The position numbers were made by a program, and so were the translations under genes. Of a DNA stretch of 64,000 nucleotides, positions 54,371 through 63,789 are shown in pieces; position 1 is the stretch's first letter, and each line of letters starts with the position of its first letter. Below the pieces are notes generated by a model. That model saw nothing but the letters and a program-made list of their open reading frames with translations, made no database searches and had not been told where the DNA came from. This stretch comes from Candidatus Micrarchaeota archaeon (GTDB taxonomy: Archaea > Micrarchaeota > Micrarchaeia > Norongarragalinales > SBBD01), in NCBI GenBank assembly GCA_041305345.1, contig JBFYLP010000006.1:369601-433600 (forward strand), read 5' to 3'.

Positions 54371-55108
54371 ATGGCCGGCATCGAAAGACCGCTACCCTTC
54401 ATCCGTAGGGGAAGCGTAGCAAGGCGCATCCTGAAAGGCAAAACACACAGCGGTCAGTTCGACTTCGTCAAACGCAGGAACATATTAATCGTAAGGGAAA
54501 AAGTCGACAGAATCATAAAAGACGGGCGGGTGCACCTGATGGCATATCCGCATCTCGAACATTTCCAGAATTTCCGCAGGGGATCGGAATTCGTTGATCC
54601 GTCGCTTTTCCCAGAACAACGACGGACTAGGAAATACCACATATCAACCGGACCCTCTCGTGCGAGCCCGGAGGCAATTGGCACCATCAAGCTTACAGTC
54701 CCAAAAGAAGGCGTGCCTCAGGAGTATGGCTATCCTAAAGAGGGCAGGCCGACCCTATTCCTGGAATATGCGCAGGCCCACATCGTCCTGAAAAACAACC
54801 CCCACGTCACTCCTGCGCTTTTCAAGAAATATGCAAATTGGAGGTATTATGCATTGGAGGAGGCGATCAGGCTAGCAAGGAAAATGGGAAGGAACTTGCT
54901 GATACCACAGGATAACTTGGAAACATTGGTAAACACCGAGGTCGACCACGATAGATTTGCAGATGGGATAGAAGAAGATGCCTTGACAAGGTACATGCCT
55001 TCCGAGTTTAAACCCAACAGGTTTGCAAAAGAATTAGAGGACGCGTGCAAGAAAAATGGCGTTAGATTGACAAAAATCAAGTGGGGAAAGGTAATCGAAA
55101 CGGGCTAG
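54371..55108 (+). CDS. hypothetical protein, coupled to kbl
   Basis: 245-aa ORF starting 2 nt after the kbl stop; no family recognised. Confidence 0.35.
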   Translation: MAGIERPLPFIRRGSVARRILKGKTHSGQFDFVKRRNILIVREKVDRIIKDGRVHLMAYPHLEHFQNFRRGSEFVDPSLFPEQRRTRKYHISTGPSRASPEAIGTIKLTVPKEGVPQEYGYPKEGRPTLFLEYAQAHIVLKNNPHVTPALFKKYANWRYYALEEAIRLARKMGRNLLIPQDNLETLVNTEVDHDRFADGIEEDALTRYMPSEFKPNRFAKELEDACKKNGVRLTKIKWGKVIETG

Positions 55109-55121
55109 GCAAATATGCAGC

Positions 55122-55787
55122 CTAATTGTTCCTTTCGCTTTCAGTTTTTTTAGTTTTCTTCTCATTTCGGAATTCGAAATAGGAGTATGCGAATACGTAG
55201 ATTGAAACCGCAATGATCGGGAACAGGACGAGCCATATCGCCTGCTCCGGCAGAAATATCCCAATGAGTGCGAATGCGGCTGCGATTTTGAAAAGCTTTC
55301 CTCCCAATTTGTGGGTCTTCTCCCAGACTATTTCGCTGCTGAGAGTCCAGGGAGTGCGGAAGCCAACGAACCAGTTCTGCTTAGCGTTCTCGAGTAATAC
55401 GCCCAAATAGAAGAACAAGGCACCAAAGGCGGGGCTCATGAACTGAAGCAAGCTAAATTTCCCTCCCAGATTCCACCAGATCGTAAGCAGGTGGATGTAA
55501 AGCATGAATGCGAGAATGGTTACCACGAATCCGTCATAGTACTTTCTGAACCCCCCATAGTTCGCCCGGAGTGGGTCAATCTTCGGAATGAAATAGAATA
55601 GCGCGCCAAGAACCGCGGCTAAAATCGGGACAAAGAACGTACCCCAGAACCTATCCATATGGCCGTTTACCTGCCCTTTTTCATCCCAATGCGATGCGAC
55701 CCTTTCAGGCATCTGGGGGTAAAAATAAGCGCTTATTGCAAATGAAAGCAGCACAACTGCCAGAATTGCATAACCGAACTTGTCCAT
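55122..55787 (-). CDS. DUF1648/SdpI-like integral membrane protein
   Basis: 221 aa with an N-terminal domain (…YFYPQMPERVASHWDEKGQVNGHMDRFWG…) typical of the DUF1648/SdpI family, then multiple TM helices. Confidence 0.45.
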   Translation of the reverse strand: MDKFGYAILAVVLLSFAISAYFYPQMPERVASHWDEKGQVNGHMDRFWGTFFVPILAAVLGALFYFIPKIDPLRANYGGFRKYYDGFVVTILAFMLYIHLLTIWWNLGGKFSLLQFMSPAFGALFFYLGVLLENAKQNWFVGFRTPWTLSSEIVWEKTHKLGGKLFKIAAAFALIGIFLPEQAIWLVLFPIIAVSIYVFAYSYFEFRNEKKTKKTESERNN

Positions 55788-55874
55788 AAAAAAAACACCT
55801 CGGAATTAGGCTTATTATGAAAGGCGGGCAGGAAATATTAATTTGCGCATTAGCCGGAATTATCGAACCAAGGT

Positions 55875-57113
55875 TTAGCCCTTCTTTCCAAGCAGCTCCT
55901 TCGCCCGCTCAACACGGACGTTTTTTTCCTTGGCAATCTGCTCTGCAATCCTTTCGATATCAGTCCCTTTGGCTCCGGCTGCAATCGCTACATTTCTAGC
56001 GTGCAATTCCATGTGCCCCCTATTGATTCCCTCTGTTGCTAGCGCCCTTAATGCGGCGAAATTATTCGCAAGCCCAACGCAGGCCATGATTTCAGCAAGC
56101 TCGTTTGCGGATTTGATTTGCATTATTTTGAGCGAGAGCTGGGCAAGAGGGAGGGTTTTGGTTGCGCCGCCCACGATGCCAACTGCCAAAGGAAGCTCGA
56201 TTGTGCCAACGAGATCCCCCTCGTTATTTTTTTGGTACTTTGCTAGAGGCAGGTATTTCCCGGAAATGCTCGCATAGGAATGCGCGCCTGCCTCGAGAGC
56301 GCGGAAATCGTTTCCTGTTGCTATGCAGACTGCACCTATCCCGTTCATTATGCCCTTGTTGTTGGTCGTGCAGCGGAATTGGTCGTTGGCTGCGAACTCG
56401 TATGCATCGAGGATTTTTTCCATTGCTTCCTCGCCGATAAGTTCTTTTTTCCAAATTGCCTTCGCCTTCACCAGCCGGTGGATCGCAAGGTTGCTAAGAA
56501 TCCTAAGCCTCACTTCCCCGCCGGTGATTTTCATAATTTCCGGCGAAATATGCTCGCAGATGCTGTTGACCGCATTCGCGCCCATCGCATCCCTCACATC
56601 CACAAGTACGTGCAGGATGAGCATTTTCCCCCTTGCGGTGCTTATGAGGTAACCCTCAATGCCTTTCGCTCCGCCGCCCAGCTTGACGAGAGTGGAATCG
56701 CGGGTGTTTGCCATTTCAATGAGTTTTTGCTTTTCTTGCATTACCGCGTCCAATGCTTTCTTCGGCTCCTTGAGTTTCACCACCTGAATTTGGCCAATCA
56801 TCATGGGAGCCGTTGAAGCTGCAGTAAAACCAGCAGGCAGGCTTAATTTGGCTGCGTTCGAGGCTGCGGCAACAACAGAGGGCTCCTCAAGCACCATCGG
56901 AATGAGTCTCTCCTTCCCATTTATTTTGAAGTTCATCGCAAGCGCATACGGCAAGGGAAAGGTGCCAATCACGTTCTCGATCATCTTGTCCGCGACATCC
57001 AATTTGAGTGAATGGTCGAGTAGGGCTAGATCGTCCTTTGTTAGCAGCCCATCCTCCAGTAATCTTTTCCTGCGCTCATCTATTGTCAATTTGTAGAAGC
57101 CTTCGGTTTTCAT
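55875..57113 (-). CDS. hmgA: 3-hydroxy-3-methylglutaryl-CoA reductase, class I
   Basis: ENVIGTFPLPYALAMNFKINGKE, DAMGANAVNSICE and GTVGG-type motifs match class I HMGR. Confidence 0.85.
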   Translation of the reverse strand: MKTEGFYKLTIDERRKRLLEDGLLTKDDLALLDHSLKLDVADKMIENVIGTFPLPYALAMNFKINGKERLIPMVLEEPSVVAAASNAAKLSLPAGFTAASTAPMMIGQIQVVKLKEPKKALDAVMQEKQKLIEMANTRDSTLVKLGGGAKGIEGYLISTARGKMLILHVLVDVRDAMGANAVNSICEHISPEIMKITGGEVRLRILSNLAIHRLVKAKAIWKKELIGEEAMEKILDAYEFAANDQFRCTTNNKGIMNGIGAVCIATGNDFRALEAGAHSYASISGKYLPLAKYQKNNEGDLVGTIELPLAVGIVGGATKTLPLAQLSLKIMQIKSANELAEIMACVGLANNFAALRALATEGINRGHMELHARNVAIAAGAKGTDIERIAEQIAKEKNVRVERAKELLGKKG

Positions 57114-57179
57114 AAGAATCAGAGGGGATTACAAATCGCAGGTTTAAAAATTGCCCGTAAAATGGGAAAAATACGTCTC

Positions 57180-57211
57180 CTGCCGAATAAAATTTGCCAT
57201 TTGTTCGGCAG
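57180..57211. promoter_or_regulatory. perfect 8-bp-arm inverted repeat between divergent hmgA and hmgB
   Basis: CTGCCGAA-N16-TTCGGCAG, flanked by TATA-like boxes (gtttaaaaatt ~57141; tttataaat ~57213). Confidence 0.45.
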
Positions 57212-57274
57212 ATTTATAAATCTGAATTCGATTAAGTATTGTCTCGTTATTTTGGCTTTAAACAGGCAGTTGGT

Positions 57275-58321
57275 ATGACAACCGGGATAGTCGGGTATGG
57301 AACGTATGTGCCAAAAATGCGCATCAAGGTAGCGGAGATTGCATCCGTTTGGGGCAAGGATGCTGCAAGGGTTTCGGAGGGCCTTGGGATCAAGGAGAAG
57401 GCGGTTGCAAGCATCGATGAGGATTCGGCAACAATAGCTGTTGAGGCGGCCAGGAGGGCCGTTAGAAGCTCCAAAATCGACACCAAGGAGATCAATGCGA
57501 TTTTTGTTGGGAGTGAAAGCAAGCCATATGCTGTGAAGCCCACTGCTTCGATTGTGGGAGCGGCAATTGATGCCTCGCCCCACTACACAGCTGCAGATTT
57601 CGAATTCGCGTGCAAGGCAGGTACAACCGCGATCCAGGCGTGCATGGGCCTTGCGGAGAGCAAAATGATCAAATATGGTTTGGCAATTGGCGCGGATACT
57701 GCGCAGGGAAGGCCCAATGATGCGCTGGAATTTTCAGCGGGCTCGGGAGGCGCCGCATTCGTGATTGGAAGGGATGATTTGATCGCGGAATTCGAGGGCA
57801 CTTACTCCTATACCACAGATACGCCCGATTTCTGGAGGAGGCAGCACGCGGAATACCCAAGGCACGGCGGAAGGTTCACTGCGGAGCCGGCATATTTCAA
57901 GCATGTGCTTGCTGCTGCAAAGGGAATGATGGAAAGGCTAGGCACCACTCCCAAGGATTACAGCTATTTCGTCCCCCATCAGCCGAATGGGAAATTCCCC
58001 GTGAAGGCCGCTAAATCCCTCGGGTTTGAGATGGAGAAGGTGAAGCAGGCACTTATCACGCCATTCATCGGGAACACCTATTCCGGTTCATCCATCATCG
58101 GCCTTGCGTCCGTTCTGGACGTTGCTAGGCCGGGAGAGAGGATCCTGCTGACTTCCTATGGCTCAGGGGCTGGAAGCGACGCTTTTAGCATTAAAGTTAC
58201 AGGAAAAATCGCAGAAAAAGGCAGGAGGCAGGAAGTTGCGGTGCTCGAGCAGATAAAGGAGAAGGCGTACGTGAATTATTCGATCTATGCGAAGCATCGA
58301 AGGAAAATAAAGGGCGACTGA
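57275..58321 (+). CDS. hmgB: archaeal HMG-CoA synthase
   Basis: Thiolase-fold condensing enzyme (…[21 protein letters not shown]…; …[11 protein letters not shown]…) divergent from hmgA and in a cluster with thiolase and DUF35. Confidence 0.8.
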   Translation: MTTGIVGYGTYVPKMRIKVAEIASVWGKDAARVSEGLGIKEKAVASIDEDSATIAVEAARRAVRSSKIDTKEINAIFVGSESKPYAVKPTASIVGAAIDASPHYTAADFEFACKAGTTAIQACMGLAESKMIKYGLAIGADTAQGRPNDALEFSAGSGGAAFVIGRDDLIAEFEGTYSYTTDTPDFWRRQHAEYPRHGGRFTAEPAYFKHVLAAAKGMMERLGTTPKDYSYFVPHQPNGKFPVKAAKSLGFEMEKVKQALITPFIGNTYSGSSIIGLASVLDVARPGERILLTSYGSGAGSDAFSIKVTGKIAEKGRRQEVAVLEQIKEKAYVNYSIYAKHRRKIKGD

Positions 58322-58397
58322 AGAAAAAAGGCAGTCGGCAGGAACTGAAATGGAAAACATTTGGCGGAAATTTTATTGAAATACCAATCGGCAATGT

Positions 58398-58769
58398 TTG
58401 GATGGAAGGGCGAAAAATATGGAAATGAAGTGGCAGGATTTTGACCTTGCGGAGTTCCTAAGGCCGCGGCCGGAGAAAATTGCAGCGATGGTAACGCTGC
58501 TCATCATCACCACGCCATTGTTCATAAATACGGTTTGCGCGGGCACTGAAAACATCTCGCATTGCGTAGACCAGGCGGGCTTTCCGATGCCCCTTTATGG
58601 GATGTTCAAGGAATCGGATTTGCTTGTGGGAAAGGATGCGAACAATTATTTCAAGCTATTCGTGATTGGCTTTCTGGCAGATCTGGTTTTTTGGTATGTG
58701 GTTTCCTGCCTGTTAATCTTCGCATATGGAAGGTTTACCGGAAAGGGCAAGCTGGGCGAGATTGGGTGA
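58398..58769 (+). CDS. small membrane protein, hypothetical
   Basis: 123 aa with two hydrophobic helices, between hmgB and thiolase. Confidence 0.35.
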   Translation: MDGRAKNMEMKWQDFDLAEFLRPRPEKIAAMVTLLIITTPLFINTVCAGTENISHCVDQAGFPMPLYGMFKESDLLVGKDANNYFKLFVIGFLADLVFWYVVSCLLIFAYGRFTGKGKLGEIG

Positions 58770-58774
58770 AAAAA

Positions 58775-59308
58775 ATGAAAAAAGCAACTGAAAGCGCCGG
58801 CACGGCGGTTGAAAAGAGGAATGGCCCGCAATTGGGGATGAAGGATGCGGGCAGGCCGCTTGGAATTACGGTTTTCCTGGTACTTACGGCATTGAACCTT
58901 ATTGGCAGCCTGCTCTCGATGGGCTCGATTGCAAGCACTGGAATGAGCATAATGGGCGCTTGGATATCCGGCGATTTGCTCCTCGCATATATGCTGTTTT
59001 GGTTTGGGGTTGGCGCGGCCATAATCTATGGGATATGGAAGAGGAAGGAATGGGCCCCGGATTTTGCGATTGCTATGCTGGTGACGCAGATTGTGCTGAG
59101 CCTTGGAGGCCTGCTTTATTTGGATCAGACATTGAATGCGGCAATGGCGCAGGCCGGCAACCTTACGCGGGAGCAGATGGCTTCGGCAATTGAGGTCGGA
59201 AAGACGATTTCCTACATAATGACAGCAATCCTTTTTGCGCTTTATGCGTGGTTCATCAAATCTTTCCACGAAAACCACGGTTACTTCCAGGAAAAGGGAA
59301 TCATATGA
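58775..59308 (+). CDS. membrane protein (4 TM), hypothetical; stop overlaps the thiolase start
   Basis: Start at MKKATESAGT…; four hydrophobic helices; ATATGA overlap with the thiolase ATG. Confidence 0.4.
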   Translation: MKKATESAGTAVEKRNGPQLGMKDAGRPLGITVFLVLTALNLIGSLLSMGSIASTGMSIMGAWISGDLLLAYMLFWFGVGAAIIYGIWKRKEWAPDFAIAMLVTQIVLSLGGLLYLDQTLNAAMAQAGNLTREQMASAIEVGKTISYIMTAILFALYAWFIKSFHENHGYFQEKGII

Positions 59309-60468
59309 GAAAAGTCACGATTGTAGGGGCAGGTTTAAGCAAATTCGGGGAACGATGGGACGCTAGCTTTAGGGATTTGATTTCCGAAGCGGCAGTCATG
59401 GCGCTTGCTGACGCGAAAATGGAGGGGAAGGATCTGCAGGCAATTTACGGCGGCACGATGGCTCCTGGAAGGCTTATTGGCCAGGAGCACGTTGGAGCGC
59501 TAATTGCCGACCAGCTAGGGCTCAATCCGATTCCCTCAACCAGGGTAGAGGCCGCGTGCGCTTCCGGAAGCGTGGCGTTCAGGAATGCTTACCTTGCAGT
59601 TGCAAGCGGGATGTACGACATCGTAGCAGTTGGGGGAGTTGAGAAAATGACCGAAGTTTCTACGGAGGAGGTCTCGTTCGCACTTGGAGGGGCCGGGGAT
59701 CAGGAATGGGAGCTGTTTTTGGGGGCAACATTCCCGGCCATTTATGCACTGATGGCAAGGAGGCATATGAAGGATTACGGAACGACGGAGGAGCAGATGG
59801 CGATGTGTTCCGTGAAGAACCATAGGAATGCGAGCAAGAACAAATTCGCGCAGTTCCAAAATGAGATTACAATTGAAGATGTGATGAAATCTGCTCCTGT
59901 TGCAACACCTTTGAAATTGCTTGACTGCTCGCCGATAACGGACGGAGCAGCCGCAGTGATCCTTTGCGCGAAGGAATGCGCGAAGAAATACTCGGACACC
60001 CCAATTGAAATCGCGGGGAGCGGGCAGGCGTCGGATTCGCTTGCGCTTGCAAACAGGCAGAGCCTTACCGAAATAAGGGCCACGAAGGAGGCGACAAGGC
60101 AGGCATTTTCGCAGGCGAATGTAACTCACAATCATATTCAAGTCGCAGAGGTTCACGACTGCTTTAGCATCGCCGAGATCCTTGCAATCGAGGATATGGG
60201 GTTCTGCGAGAAGGGGAAGGGCGGGAAGTTCGTCGAGGAAGGGAACACCCAGCTCAACTCGAAACTTTCGGTCAACACTTCAGGCGGCCTTAAGGGCTGC
60301 GGGCATCCCGTTGGTGCAACAGGCGTGAAACAGGCGGTTGAGATTTACTGGCAATTGCAGGGAAGGGCCGAAGGGAGGCAGGTGAACGGAGCTGAAATTG
60401 GGCTCACGCAAAACGTGGGAGGAAGCGGCGCGACTGCGGTTGTGCATTTGTTCAAAAGAGCAGATTGA
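59305..60468 (+). CDS. acetyl-CoA C-acetyltransferase (archaeal thiolase of the thiolase/HMGCS/DUF35 complex)
   Basis: MRKVTIVGAGLSKFGERW…EAACASGS… thiolase signatures; start at the internal Met. Confidence 0.8.
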   Translation: MRKVTIVGAGLSKFGERWDASFRDLISEAAVMALADAKMEGKDLQAIYGGTMAPGRLIGQEHVGALIADQLGLNPIPSTRVEAACASGSVAFRNAYLAVASGMYDIVAVGGVEKMTEVSTEEVSFALGGAGDQEWELFLGATFPAIYALMARRHMKDYGTTEEQMAMCSVKNHRNASKNKFAQFQNEITIEDVMKSAPVATPLKLLDCSPITDGAAAVILCAKECAKKYSDTPIEIAGSGQASDSLALANRQSLTEIRATKEATRQAFSQANVTHNHIQVAEVHDCFSIAEILAIEDMGFCEKGKGGKFVEEGNTQLNSKLSVNTSGGLKGCGHPVGATGVKQAVEIYWQLQGRAEGRQVNGAEIGLTQNVGGSGATAVVHLFKRAD

Positions 60469-60548
60469 TATGCAAATTAAGGAGGGTAGTGGCAACCCAA
60501 GTAGGGAGGATATCCTCCCTGTAGGGGTTTTCAAGAGGGCGGATTAAT

Positions 60549-60947
60549 ATGGACGGAGCAATTCCACTGGTCTGGAGGAGGATTCCGGAGAGATATACGC
60601 TGATGGGCAGCCTTTGCGAGAACTGCAAGACGGAATATTTCCCGCAGAGGAAATTCTGCTCGAAATGCAGGAGGAAGGGGAGAATAGTGCAGAAGCGGAT
60701 GCCCGAGCAGGGGAAGATATTCTCGTTCACGGAGGTGCAGGCGGCTCCCAGCGGCCACGAGGATGAGGCGCCGTATTTCCTCGCAATTGTCGAACTGAAT
60801 AATGGCGTCAAGCTGATGTCCCAGATCGTTGATTCGGAAAGGGAGAAGATCAAATTCGATGCGCCGGTGAAAACGGTTTTCCGGAAAATTGCAGAAGGCG
60901 ATGATGAGGGCCTGATTGCCTATGGGTACAAGTTCAAGGTGATCTGA
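60549..60947 (+). CDS. DUF35 OB-fold / zinc-ribbon scaffold protein of the thiolase-HMGCS complex
   Basis: CENCKTEYFPQRKFCSKC zinc ribbon followed by an OB-fold-like C-terminus, immediately downstream of thiolase. Confidence 0.7.
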   Translation: MDGAIPLVWRRIPERYTLMGSLCENCKTEYFPQRKFCSKCRRKGRIVQKRMPEQGKIFSFTEVQAAPSGHEDEAPYFLAIVELNNGVKLMSQIVDSEREKIKFDAPVKTVFRKIAEGDDEGLIAYGYKFKVI

Positions 60948-60965
60948 CGCCGGGCATTTGCCATA

Positions 60966-61460
60966 CTACTTAAGGTGCCTATCCGACCATTCCCTGAACT
61001 TTTCCTTGAATTGGCCTTCCGGATGCCCCTCAAGGATTTTGGCCAATTCTTTCCTGAACAATTCCTTCAAATGCGGCTCCAGTTCAATGGATTGGCCTTC
61101 AGCCGTGCGAGCCGCAAGGCCCCTCTCCGTAAGGGTTATGTGGGTGCGGAGATAATGGTGGCGAAGGACCTTCCGCCCTTCGAAAACGTACGCGTCCTTT
61201 CCCTTGCCCAAATGGGGGAGGAAATCGGGGTTTTCCCTCTTAACGAATAATTCTGCTGAAAAAGCCAAAGGAATGGTTTTCCTCAAAAAAAGCCGGTGGC
61301 GTGCGTGGTCGTACTCAAGCCTTACCTCCAAGAGTCCTTCAAAGGCCTTCGGATCCGGCTTGAAATCGTAAACGTTTGGCACGCTGCTGCTTCGCATTTT
61401 CCACTTATCATATACCGTATGCTTTGAGATTTCGGGCCTGGAATGAATGGGCATAAGCAA
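60966..61460 (-). CDS. hypothetical protein
   Basis: 164-aa ORF, start 4 nt from the aspS stop on the same strand. Confidence 0.3.
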   Translation of the reverse strand: MLMPIHSRPEISKHTVYDKWKMRSSSVPNVYDFKPDPKAFEGLLEVRLEYDHARHRLFLRKTIPLAFSAELFVKRENPDFLPHLGKGKDAYVFEGRKVLRHHYLRTHITLTERGLAARTAEGQSIELEPHLKELFRKELAKILEGHPEGQFKEKFREWSDRHLK

Positions 61461-61464
61461 CCAA

Positions 61465-62763
61465 CTACGGCAGCAGCCTGTTCCTGTCCCTTGGGAAGAG
61501 CGCAGTTTCCCTGATGTTTGGGAGGTTGCAGATTTTCATTGTCAAACGCTCGGAGCCGATGCTCCAGCCGGCGTGAGGGATCGCGCCATACCGGAATGCA
61601 TCGATGTAGCTCTCGAAATCAGAAGGGTTGCACTCCTTTGCCTTGAGCTGCTTGATGAGAAGGTCGGGAATGTGAATTCTTTGGGCGCCGCTTGCTATTT
61701 CGAGCCCGCGGTACATCAAATCATACGCCTTGCAGATTTTGGGATTGTCCGAATGGGGCATGGAATAGAACGCCCTTGCAGCTGTAGGCCATTCGGTAAT
61801 AAGGAATGCTTCCTCTCCAACCAGCTTTTGCAGGTGCTCCTCGTTCTCCTTCGAGAAGTCATCGCCCCATTCCATCGGATGCTTGTGCTTGTTTAGAAGA
61901 TCAACTAAATGAGTGTAAGTGTGGCGCGTGAGCTTTTTGGGAACCTCCAAATCAACCTTCAATGTTTTGAGTTGCTCGGGGCAATTATGCTTGACAGAAT
62001 GCAGAATGTAAATAAACACATCCTCCAGTGCATCAAGCGCATCCTTGTCATCAGCAAAGCCCATCTCGATATCCATCTGCGTTATCTCGTTTAGGTGCTG
62101 GGTCGTGTTGTGTTTTTCAGCTCTCCAGATGGGGCAGACCATGAACACCTTGTCCATCCCGCCCATCACCGCAAGCTGCTTGTATAGCTGCGGGGATTGC
62201 GCGAGATACGCTTTCTTTTCAAAGTATTTCACTTCAAAAAGGTCTGTTCCTCCTTCCGTAGCGGTCTCCACAAGGGAGGGTGGGTTGATTTCCTGGAAAT
62301 TAAGTTGTGTGAGCTTGTCACGGAAAGCGCGTTGAACCTCGGATCTAATCTTAAAAATTGCTTGAACCTCAATTCGGCGCAGGTCGATGAACCGCTTATC
62401 CAATCTTACATCGATTTCAGCGGGGACCTTGCCGGTAATCTCGAATGGAACCTGCTTTAGGACTTCCCCGACCACTTCAATGCTTTCCGGCACCAGTTCC
62501 CTGCCCAAATTCGCCATTTTTGAGCTGCGGACCTTTCCCTTGACAACGATCGCGGTTTCCTTGATCAGTTTCTTTGAGAGTTCGATAAGTTTTTCCGGTG
62601 CTTCGCCCTCCTTCAGAATGATTTGCATGATGCCCGAACGGTCCCGCAACAATATAAAATTGATCTTCCCGAATGTGCGCGTCTCGTGCACCCAGCCTGC
62701 AAGAGCGACCAGTTTTCCCTCGTCCTTCTGCTCGACCTCTGAAACGTAATGGGAACGCAGCAT
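61465..62763 (-). CDS. aspS: aspartyl-tRNA synthetase, archaeal type
   Basis: QSPQLYKQLAVMGGMDKVFMVCPIWRAEKHNTTQHLNE and C-terminal GSERLTMKICNLPNIRETALFPRDRNRLLP match archaeal AspRS. Confidence 0.8.
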   Translation of the reverse strand: MLRSHYVSEVEQKDEGKLVALAGWVHETRTFGKINFILLRDRSGIMQIILKEGEAPEKLIELSKKLIKETAIVVKGKVRSSKMANLGRELVPESIEVVGEVLKQVPFEITGKVPAEIDVRLDKRFIDLRRIEVQAIFKIRSEVQRAFRDKLTQLNFQEINPPSLVETATEGGTDLFEVKYFEKKAYLAQSPQLYKQLAVMGGMDKVFMVCPIWRAEKHNTTQHLNEITQMDIEMGFADDKDALDALEDVFIYILHSVKHNCPEQLKTLKVDLEVPKKLTRHTYTHLVDLLNKHKHPMEWGDDFSKENEEHLQKLVGEEAFLITEWPTAARAFYSMPHSDNPKICKAYDLMYRGLEIASGAQRIHIPDLLIKQLKAKECNPSDFESYIDAFRYGAIPHAGWSIGSERLTMKICNLPNIRETALFPRDRNRLLP

Positions 62764-62862
62764 CGTTATCAGGTTGTTTACGGAATGCAGATTTATAAAA
62801 CGCTTCCAAGTGGGAGGGAGGAATGCGGCATTGCACTGGCGGAAAAAGGCGCATCGGTCCCC

Positions 62863-63789
62863 CTACCTTTTCAGGGGAAATGCCTGCTCCTCCCCGCTTG
62901 GCTGCTGCTTGTCAAGAGCAAGCTCAAGGAGGTCGAAGCAATACCCGGCGATCCTTTCGAGGCAATGGAGGTTCGTAAAGTGCGCAACGGACCTATCCTT
63001 CGCTGTTGCCCGATGCTTTTCCACCGCGTAAACGAATTCCTTGAGCTTTGCGAAATCGGCCTCGGAGCACCGCTGCTTGAGGAAAGAATCGAATGCGAGG
63101 TGCACGCATTCCCGCGCTCCGGAAAGGAATGCGCTAATTTCCGGGCACGGCCGTTGCCCATAATCCCAAGCGATTTCCTCAACGTTATCCGCCAGCCGTT
63201 CAGCAGCCTTTACCGCAAGTATGTCGAAAACCGGCGTCCCAACCCCCTTGTTGCGGTTGGCGTGCCTTAGGAAAAGCAGGTAGAGCCGGTCTACCTCGGA
63301 TTCGCGCTTGGCCATTTCCGCGGAATGATTTGTCCGGTCGCTTGCGGCCTGCATATGGAGTGAAATCATCCCAACGGCAAGGGATTGGAGCCTTGAGAAG
63401 AGCGCGCTGCGCTCGAAATCCTCGTCCTTCGAGTAGGCCTCGAGAACGAACCCTGCGGGGATTTCCCTGCTTATCTCGATTGCGGACAAACGGAGCCGCG
63501 CCAACTCGCAAACCTCCGCCGCATTGCGGCCCGTGACCTCTATCCGGTCCGCTCCCGAAACGTAGGCGCCAACGACCTTGCGCAGCGCCATCTCGGTGCT
63601 GCCGTTGATCTCGACTGCCGCGCTCGACTTCCGCTTAGAGAAATCCGATTCGAGTATGAGCGAGCCATCCGCATTCTCAGTGAGGCCAAGCTGCTGCCTT
63701 GGCCTTATGCCATTCCTAACAACCCATCTTTTAGGGAGGGAGATCGTAAGCGAGGACGCTCCAACTTTCTGTACGCTGCGGTATTCCAT
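62863..63789 (-). CDS. PhoU-domain phosphate-uptake regulator homolog with N-terminal AbrB/SpoVT-like domain
   Basis: N-terminal VQKVGASSLTISLPKRWVVRNGI (swapped-hairpin AbrB fold) then PhoU-like helical repeats. Start set at the internal Met with an AT-rich TATA-like region upstream (63795-63840). Confidence 0.6.
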   Translation of the reverse strand: MEYRSVQKVGASSLTISLPKRWVVRNGIRPRQQLGLTENADGSLILESDFSKRKSSAAVEINGSTEMALRKVVGAYVSGADRIEVTGRNAAEVCELARLRLSAIEISREIPAGFVLEAYSKDEDFERSALFSRLQSLAVGMISLHMQAASDRTNHSAEMAKRESEVDRLYLLFLRHANRNKGVGTPVFDILAVKAAERLADNVEEIAWDYGQRPCPEISAFLSGARECVHLAFDSFLKQRCSEADFAKLKEFVYAVEKHRATAKDRSVAHFTNLHCLERIAGYCFDLLELALDKQQPSGEEQAFPLKR

